Assembly: GCA_951406725.2 (NCBI GenBank)
Contig: OX597821.1
Span: 52,390,001 to 52,454,000, forward strand
Direction: 5' to 3'
Source of the DNA: Octopus vulgaris
Taxonomy: Eukaryota
Length of the DNA stretch: 64,000 nt
Position 1 is the first letter of the stretch. The number at the start of each line of letters is the position of its first letter. This document shows positions 55,802-64,000 of the stretch, one piece after another. The notes beneath the pieces are model-generated. The model saw only the letters and a list, made by a program, of their open reading frames with translations. It was not told the origin of the DNA and did no database searches. The position numbers and the translations under genes were made by a program.

Positions 55802-58800
55802 CGCGTGCATATTGAATGATTCTAAAAGTCCAAATCACACTTACGCCCCTAAACACTGGTAACAACGCCATTTGTGTTAGTATACCTAAATATTACATAA
55901 ACTATCTAAAGCTGCGACTCTTAATGTCTATCTCTTGACATTTGCTGCGTGAAACTCTAATTCAATGCGCGCATCATAACTTTAGATGAAGGTGATTTTC
56001 GCTGTCACATTCACTTTTACCTTGTATTATAACAATACTTTCCTCGCAATCTAAGTGTTTGTACAATTAGAACTGTTTGAAGCTGGGCCCATTTGACGAA
56101 ATGTTATAATAAATTTTATTATAAGTGACAAAATGGATGTCTGCCATTTCATTATAAACAATGGAGCAAATTCAAGTTCTGAGATGTCATATTTATCATC
56201 GCTGATTCAGACCCGTAATGATTTTTGTTGAAGCAAGTTTGAATTGAAAAGTAAATCAAATACTGATTGTTACACATTACGCGTCAGAGGAATATAGGAT
56301 GCGCCTTCCATGGTTAAATATAAAATCGCTGTCAGTGCCCTCGTTATTATGAACGGAATGTTCTTGACTTTAGTTAGTTAAGTTACATTGTATACTGCAT
56401 AAGTCAGATAATGCTGGGTGGTTTTCCTCTATTCTGCATGTCTTATTTGCTCAAAATTATTGACAGTTTTCTTATACACATTGTGTTGTCTACTGTAAAG
56501 CACATGATTTGTCACGACGCGAAGTGCTAATATATTTCACTTTATAATCTAAAACTAGGAGACTGTCTAGGTAATATCGATTTATATCTAAAGTTTCTTT
56601 ATTCAATAAAATCTAAAGTGAGCTTCTAAACTTTTCAGTCGTGTTTTACAAATCAGATAAAATCTATTATTAACCAACGCACATTTATGAATGCCATTAC
56701 TAATTTGCTGAACTTTGTACCTACACTCTGAATTACATTGAAGTTTATTCAACGCAATGGTGAGAAACGTATTTTAAAATTTACATACTGCATCAATAAC
56801 TTAGCTACAATTTATAGTTTTAACTATTTCCCAAACAGTAATTTATTTAAATATTAAATAATAATTTGGTTATAATTGGGATACGAAATTTTATTCTCAT
56901 ATTATCATATCCCCAGAGAAAAATGTGTAGAATAACTACTACCACAAGTAATTATTAATATTTAATCAAGCCTCCCAAAAGTCAAAGTATATTAATTTAA
57001 AACACTGTTATATATCAGTGGTTTTGACGCAAATTGATGTCATTCTTGTAAGATCGCTGATCTATCTCCACCTCACATATACGAATATGTTAATAAGTTA
57101 CATGAATGCAAAAAGAAAAAAATGGGTGATTATCTATGATTGTGAATTTCTATTATATGCAGACATATTGCAATGAACATACAACTTCTCATTCAAACTA
57201 TGTTCACAGCATATGTATCATTTTCAATAGCCTTAATTCACTAATGGTTTAAACATTCCGCAGTGGATCCACTTTCAATACTTTTAGTGTTGTATTTGGA
57301 TAAGTAATGTATCATCTTACTAAAAACTTGATATATATAAGTTAGACTATGTGTATTTGTATGTTCTTGCGTGTACATACACAACACACGCGCATGCACA
57401 CAATACACAATACACACACAAATACATATTGTGTAAAAGAAAGAACTAAAAAAAAAATCAATCAAGAACTACATGTTAAGTAATGTACATACATACATAC
57501 ACACACACACATATATATATGTATACACTCACACATGATACTTTGTAATACTTTTGCTATGTATTATGTATATTTCTTCAATATATTTGCCATGATTGAT
57601 TTTTCTGTTCATTACATTTGTATCATAGTTTTATACATTTTTTGTAGATATCATTGGTGTAGCCGTTTTTCGAATGACAAATACACAGACGCAGAGCAGA
57701 CGAGCAGAAGGTGGACGAAAGAGAGACAGAGACAGAGAGTGAGACAGTAAGAGAGAGAATAAGAGAGAGAAAAACAAGAAGGCAGTAGGAGAGAGAGAGA
57801 GAGAGGGGGGAGAGATTGGGAGAAACCAAAAGCATTACCAGAAATTTAGCGAGCAGCACGATAACTAAGTTTACTCAATAACAACTTGCGAGTAGCTGGT
57901 GCTCATTGGTGCTCGTCCTCTTTAGCTTGGCGGCAAATATTTTGCATGATATCTGATAATTATTACGTGCCATTGTGTATCAACGTGTAATAATGGATTG
58001 TAATTTTTGTTGTCAAATTGAAGTGACCTTTTTGTTGGCAAATTAAAGTGACCTTGAAATTAATTCATTAAGCTTCAAGTAAGCATTCCTTTAGTAAAAT
58101 GCCGGCTTTTTGAGTGGGACGCGTGTTTCACGTGTCAGCTGGAGATAATGATCGGGTGTCAGCTGTAGATAGTCGAGTGTCAGATGGAGATATTGATCAT
58201 TCAGAGCCATAAATCACAAGCAAAACTCGTAAAAATATTTCATGGAAACCGTTGCCGAACACTCATTCAGATTTCTCTCCAGAAGAGAGTCATCCAAAAC
58301 CTTACTCAGCATCGATTTATTGTGAAGTTAATCATGCCTAACGTCATAGCCTGTGATGTCAATATGTTTTCTCTCTCCAGATGAATTGGAAGGCGAAAGT
58401 GTACTACTTTTCGAGGGTAAATGAAAGTTAAAAGGAACCACAATTAATTGGATGGTCTTCAGGAACAGAAATTTAGTGTTTTTTTAACTGTACAATAAAG
58501 GATGGGATGGCTGTGCACGTTATCAAAATGACAATTTCGAAAGGTGTGTCGCCTGAATATAAATAATACACAAAATGTTTTAGTTCATGGGCTCTGATTG
58601 TGCGCATCTTTTATATCTGATCAGAGCACTTTTGGGTAAAAACTCCTATATTAATGTTTAGTAGGCTTCAATGTCATTCCTGACTACAAAATATCTACTC
58701 CCATATATTGGTCACTCAGAGACAATAGTAGGAACTGCGTGACCTACATGTCAGGTAATTGCAAAGCAAAATTCGTAACCATAGAACTGAGTTGTTGTAC

Positions 58801-59045
58801 CCTAACAGAGTGGTCAAGAAGTTAATTTCATAATTATGAGGGCCCAGATATCACAATGCAGTACATTCGGTTTTTATCCTTACCTCGGGTCATCCCAAAT
58901 CCTGTGCCCAAATATATATATATATATCATCAAGTGGAATGTTATTGTAATTCAAAAGATTAGCCGTCGTTTTGTAATTTGTCACGCTGGTACGTTCAGA
59001 GCGTGATTGTAAGCGTAGACATGTGCGTGTGTGTATGTCTGTGTA

Positions 59046-59096
<51 letters not shown>

Positions 59097-60214
59097 ATGT
59101 GTGTGTGTGTTAGTGCGTGTGTGTGTGTGTGTGTGTGTAAAACTTAGCTACTTAGAATTTTTTTTCTCTTTGAGTAATTGAATAAAATATTCAGTTGATA
59201 GAAGAGCTGAACTCTGATTGTCGGAAGTTGCAGAGAGGCAATCAAGCAGTCACTCTATCTATCTGTCTGTCTCTTTCTTTTTGTGTGCGACTGTCTGTCT
59301 GTCTGATTAACTCTCTGTCTGTTTGACTAACTGTATGTCTATCTGTCTTCATAAAAAGCAGCAAAAATGGGGTTAACTAACTGTGCTTATGGTTCAGTTT
59401 ACAATTGTTTTGTTAGCATCAGTAAATATGTCCGGCATCATGCCACTTCGGTGCTAACAGTTACTGATCTATCTCTTGTACGGTGGAAATCTTCTGTAAC
59501 AGTCCATGCAAGTCTGACTCGTCCGAACATTACAAGAAGTAACGAACCGATATGTACTCTACAGATGTCTTTGCGGATATTCGAATTTCTATCGCAGTGT
59601 CTTGGTAAACATACCTTTTAATATATGTGAACAAATAAATAGATGTTCGTTCATTAGTTGTTTTATTTCAAGCAGCAAATTGCCTCATTATGAATTGATA
59701 TTAAATTCCTTTGAGAAATGCTGAAAGCTACTAGTACCACAATTTATAATCTTTCCATTTTACCAAAGTGTTATTGGAAAACCAACACAAATTAGATTAA
59801 ACAAGGAAATATTCTTCATTGAAAAATATAAACGAAAACTTAACCATCCTAACATTCTTATTCATATCGAAGGCATGACACGATGTAGGTAAAGAGATTT
59901 GAGAAATTTGAAAAGTTAACACGAAACTGGTTATTTCTCCAAAAACTATGTTACTATACACCAAATTTTATAACATTTTTCTAACATAATGACTTAAATA
60001 TATTCTTTAATCTTATAATACAAACTTTTTGTAGTTTTGTCACCCTTTTCTATTTTCTATACATCCAACCACGTGCTTTCACACATCAACTCTCCCACCT
60101 ATATATATATATGTAGGTGAGAGAGTTGGGGTGTGAAAGCAAACATCTGTTTGTTTTGTACACCACCTGCCTTCGTCCTTTGTTTTTTCGTAAACTCCCC
60201 TATATATATATACA

Positions 60215-60266
<52 letters not shown>

Positions 60267-60295
60267 ATATATATACATGTATATATATATATACA

Positions 60296-60345
<50 letters not shown>

Positions 60346-60427
60346 TATATATATACATGTATATATATATATACATGCATATATATATACATGCATATAT
60401 ATATATACAAGTATATATATATATACA

Positions 60428-60473
<46 letters not shown>

Positions 60474-60560
60474 ATATTTATATATATACATGTATATATA
60501 TATATACATGCATATATATATACATGCATATATATATATACAAGTATATATATATATACA

Positions 60561-60621
<61 letters not shown>

Positions 60622-60778
60622 ATATATATATACATGCATATATATATACATGCATATATATATATACAAGTATATATATATATATATACATACATGTATA
60701 TATATATACATGCATATATATATATACATGTATATATATATATACATGTATATATATATACATGTATATATATGTATA

Positions 60779-60863
<85 letters not shown>

Positions 60864-61235
60864 GTATATATATATACATACATATATGCACACGTACATA
60901 CATATGCATACAAATATACACACGCACATACATAATGTTTGTCATCGACGTTTGTTTACTCTGTACGTTCACTCCGTCGTTGTTTGTTCGTTCGAAGCCC
61001 TAACTTCCAACAAAGTCTATATATTTAAGATATCTGGATGCCGCTGTCTTATGGTGTTTTCCTATCGTGTCGCTGAAGTAATTGGAAGTAATAAACAGTC
61101 GACAACTGAGAAGGAGTTAGACTTCTTATGGTATTTTGTCCCGTACTTGTTTCTTGTTATGTGTTTACGTATTTTTCACTTTTTGGGGATGTCCTGTACT
61201 GTATGTGTTATGCATACATACATACATAAATAATT

Positions 61236-61274
<39 letters not shown>

Positions 61275-61529
61275 TATATATATATATGTATGAGTGTTGA
61301 AGTCCTTATAATCAAAACGAATTAAATCATTTCAATAGAGAACTCTATAATTGAAACTAAGTTGGCAACTGGTTTCTAACTGAAGCTAAAACTATTAAAT
61401 TTTTGCATGCCTTTACAAAGAGATACGTCCTCAGTGTTGTAGTTCGTTTGTAACATTGGCGACAAGATTATGCACGTATAATATGAGTAAGTAGTTATCT
61501 ACTGCCTTGTGCTTATGTGTTTCAAATAA

Positions 61530-61573
<44 letters not shown>

Positions 61574-61671
61574 AGAAGAAATGAGGTAATCAGAAGATCG
61601 GATGGTTCATATTTACAGATATTTATTTATATATTACATTTTTTACATATATATATCATATCATTCAGATC

Positions 61672-61709
<38 letters not shown>

Positions 61710-61725
61710 TTATGTGTATGTATGG

Positions 61726-61774
<49 letters not shown>

Positions 61775-61839
61775 GTATGTATGTATGTATGATTGTGTGT
61801 ATGTAGGAATGCGAGTTTGAAGCACATCAGTAGGAGGCA
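48493..61839. repeat. 13.3-kb duplicated segment, copy 2 (with duplicate Tc1, PLE, SINE and HINE relics)
   Basis: Starts tggtcactgagttg (= 34751) and ends cagtaggaggca (= 48381-48392). Confidence 0.95.
53765..55700 (+). mobile_element. Second copy of the CR1-type LINE, lacking its 3' ~330 bp
   Basis: Protein is identical up to HPRLGPRAI, then the sequence runs directly into (TA)n. Confidence 0.9.
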
Positions 61840-62149
61840 ATAGAAATGTTCCGTTCTGAATCATACGTGCATACTCCTGTCGCCAATATGTTACAAATGA
61901 ACTACATCTCTAATGAGAATGTATCCTTCTGTAAATGCATGCAAGCCTTGTTTAATTTCAGTCGAAAGCATATGCCAACAGATTTGGTTTATCTGAAGGA
62001 GTTTGTCTAGGAAATAATTTATTCATAATTGCTGGCCAGTTTGGATTACATTTCAAATTTAATGAAAATATCATGTACCCCACATTAATGTACTATAACC
62101 ATCGCCTTTTGATAGCGTACTTGCATGTTTGTATAATAACTTTTACAAC

Positions 62150-63600
62150 ATCAAGCTGAATTGCAATAAATTACTATTATCAATCTTTGATGTTTTTCGA
62201 TAAAATTCAGGTTGCTAGTTTTAAATTCTAGGTCGGAGTTACTGTACGTTACTCGACGTTTCCAAACCGACATGAAGAATTGGGTCGAAATCGTTATATT
62301 ACTGCTGTGAGTAAAACTTTACGCTGTCATGTTGGGTTATATCTTCTATGAATATATGGTTTATTGTGAATATTTCCATCCTTTATCGGTTGCCATACAG
62401 ATTCACCGACAAGAAAAAATAAAGCATATGTCACCAAGCGCAAAATGGTTAGATCGGCGGTAAATCTCTATTTTGAATAAACCCGTAAATTTTATTTGAA
62501 TTCTGGCCTTCTAACTGATTTGCTAAAAAAACATGGAAATTTCACTTCGCTTTTGGCGCAATGACTCTCCCTAGACACAATAAAAAAACAGAAATTCCAT
62601 TCACAGTTGGCAAACTATATCTCCTGTCTACATTGCATTGAGATCTCTGTTAAAAACATTTCTACTGGAAAAGGACTTAACGTTTGGTGCTCATGTTCTT
62701 TCAGTTTCATTAATGCGAGTTACTGCATAAGAAATTGGTTTTACATGTATTTCTACCCAATGTCACTACTATTTTAATTACACCCATTTTATTTCAGTTA
62801 TTCATTGCTCTTGCTTCAAGAAGTTCTGGAGAAAGAACGAAGTAACGGAATATCTTTGTTGACCATCATATGCACCCTTAGGTTGCGTATGAAATATTCC
62901 ATGGTACACTTGTCCATGAATTCTGGAGTAATATAAACCACTTTCTGGAGGCTCGGCCAAGTGTTCACCTATCAATGCAACGGAAAATGAAGAGTTATAC
63001 AATCCGATATTTCTTTCAAATGGGTGTTGGGGCCTCGCATTTCTAGATCTCTGGAAATTCTGTTTGAACAGAAGGAAGTAATTGTCCTCCATGACAGCAG
63101 TAATTGTAGTAGCCATCATATACAAAATGTCAGGCTGTGTTAAATTGACACAGAATATCCATATCTCCACAATAATATTATTTAAAATTTTCTTCATTGT
63201 ATATTGAATTATATACTCTTTCTGTATCATGTTCTTGATTTGAAGTGGATCACTCTGCGCTCTGCATCAATATGCGTTCTGTTGTCACATTGGTTTTCAT
63301 GCTCACGATTTATTTGTTCGTATTATCTGTGTCTCATTACATCGCTGCTCGAGTTTGGCTGTTTTTCGCTTTTACTTAGGCATCTGAGAGCTACTCTGTC
63401 TCTGACTCAAGTTTTTCTTCTTCCTTTTCTTGCTAATTCGATTCATTTAACTGACGCTCACGAACTGCTTTCCGTTTAGCTTCTAATTGTTCGTGACTGA
63501 AATTAGATCTTAGTTTTCTCTGTTTGTCTGTAGCTAATCTTCTTTTTTCAAGTACTGATTCCATGTGACGACAATTGGTCAGCATAGAGTGTATATAGGT
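62150..63600 (-). mobile_element. Decayed Helitron Rep/helicase N-terminal region
   Basis: FERNIGLYNSSFSVALIGEHLAEPPESGLYYSRIHGQVYH (Helitron F..NIR.YNS.F....PP..GPY..RIHGQ.YH), then YSLPTVN and TYALFFLVGESVW. Upstream is a charged repeat-like region (EQLEAKRKAVRERQ). Confidence 0.7.
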
Positions 63601-64000
63601 GCATACACAATATCGAAGCATGTGAACAATCAAAAGCACTTTTTTAGAAAATATTATCTTCCATGCAATACATACACAAATACAGACAAAAACGCTCGCG
63701 CGCACACACACGTATTCATCGGCACACAAATATTTGAACTTAAATATGTGAAATAATGAAGTAGTTTCTTCTGTTCGAAACTTTTTCTTCTAAAAGATCA
63801 GGAACGTGTTTTGATATTAGTTCGAATGGCGTCTGCTCGTTACCTTTAAAGACGTAAAAACTACTTCAAAAAATGTTCATAATTTTTGCAGCTTTTATGC
63901 TAATTTTTTTATTAAATTATTTTCCAAATATCTAGAAATAAATAAGTGAACAGAGGAAAAGAAAGAAAAAAGAGTAAAATCTGATACTATAAACTGTTAC

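Overview
AT-rich, microsatellite-dense eukaryotic DNA. The repeat families look like those of a coleoid cephalopod, probably Octopus; this is an inference from memory, not a database result. The only host coding sequence I can support is two minus-strand exons (8731-8822 and 1320-1458) of a natriuretic-peptide-receptor-like receptor guanylate cyclase ectodomain. The rest appears intronic or intergenic. It is filled with transposon remains: a young 5'-truncated CR1-type LINE, older CR1, RTE and R4/Dong-like LINE pieces, several Penelope-like elements (PLEs), Tc1/mariner fossils and a MITE, a Helitron remnant, a HINE-like element and tRNA-derived SINEs. About 13.5 kb (34751-48392) is repeated at 48493-61839 across a 100-N gap, most likely an uncollapsed second haplotype. 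The most interesting signal is RNA-level. A 491-bp-period tandem repeat at 10797-11581 carries two identical type I hammerhead ribozymes with intact cores, which would excise a structured 491-nt unit (retrozyme/circRNA-like). About nine further hammerhead-like motifs from several families lie elsewhere in the window, including one with an intact core on the gene's sense strand (26005-26084).
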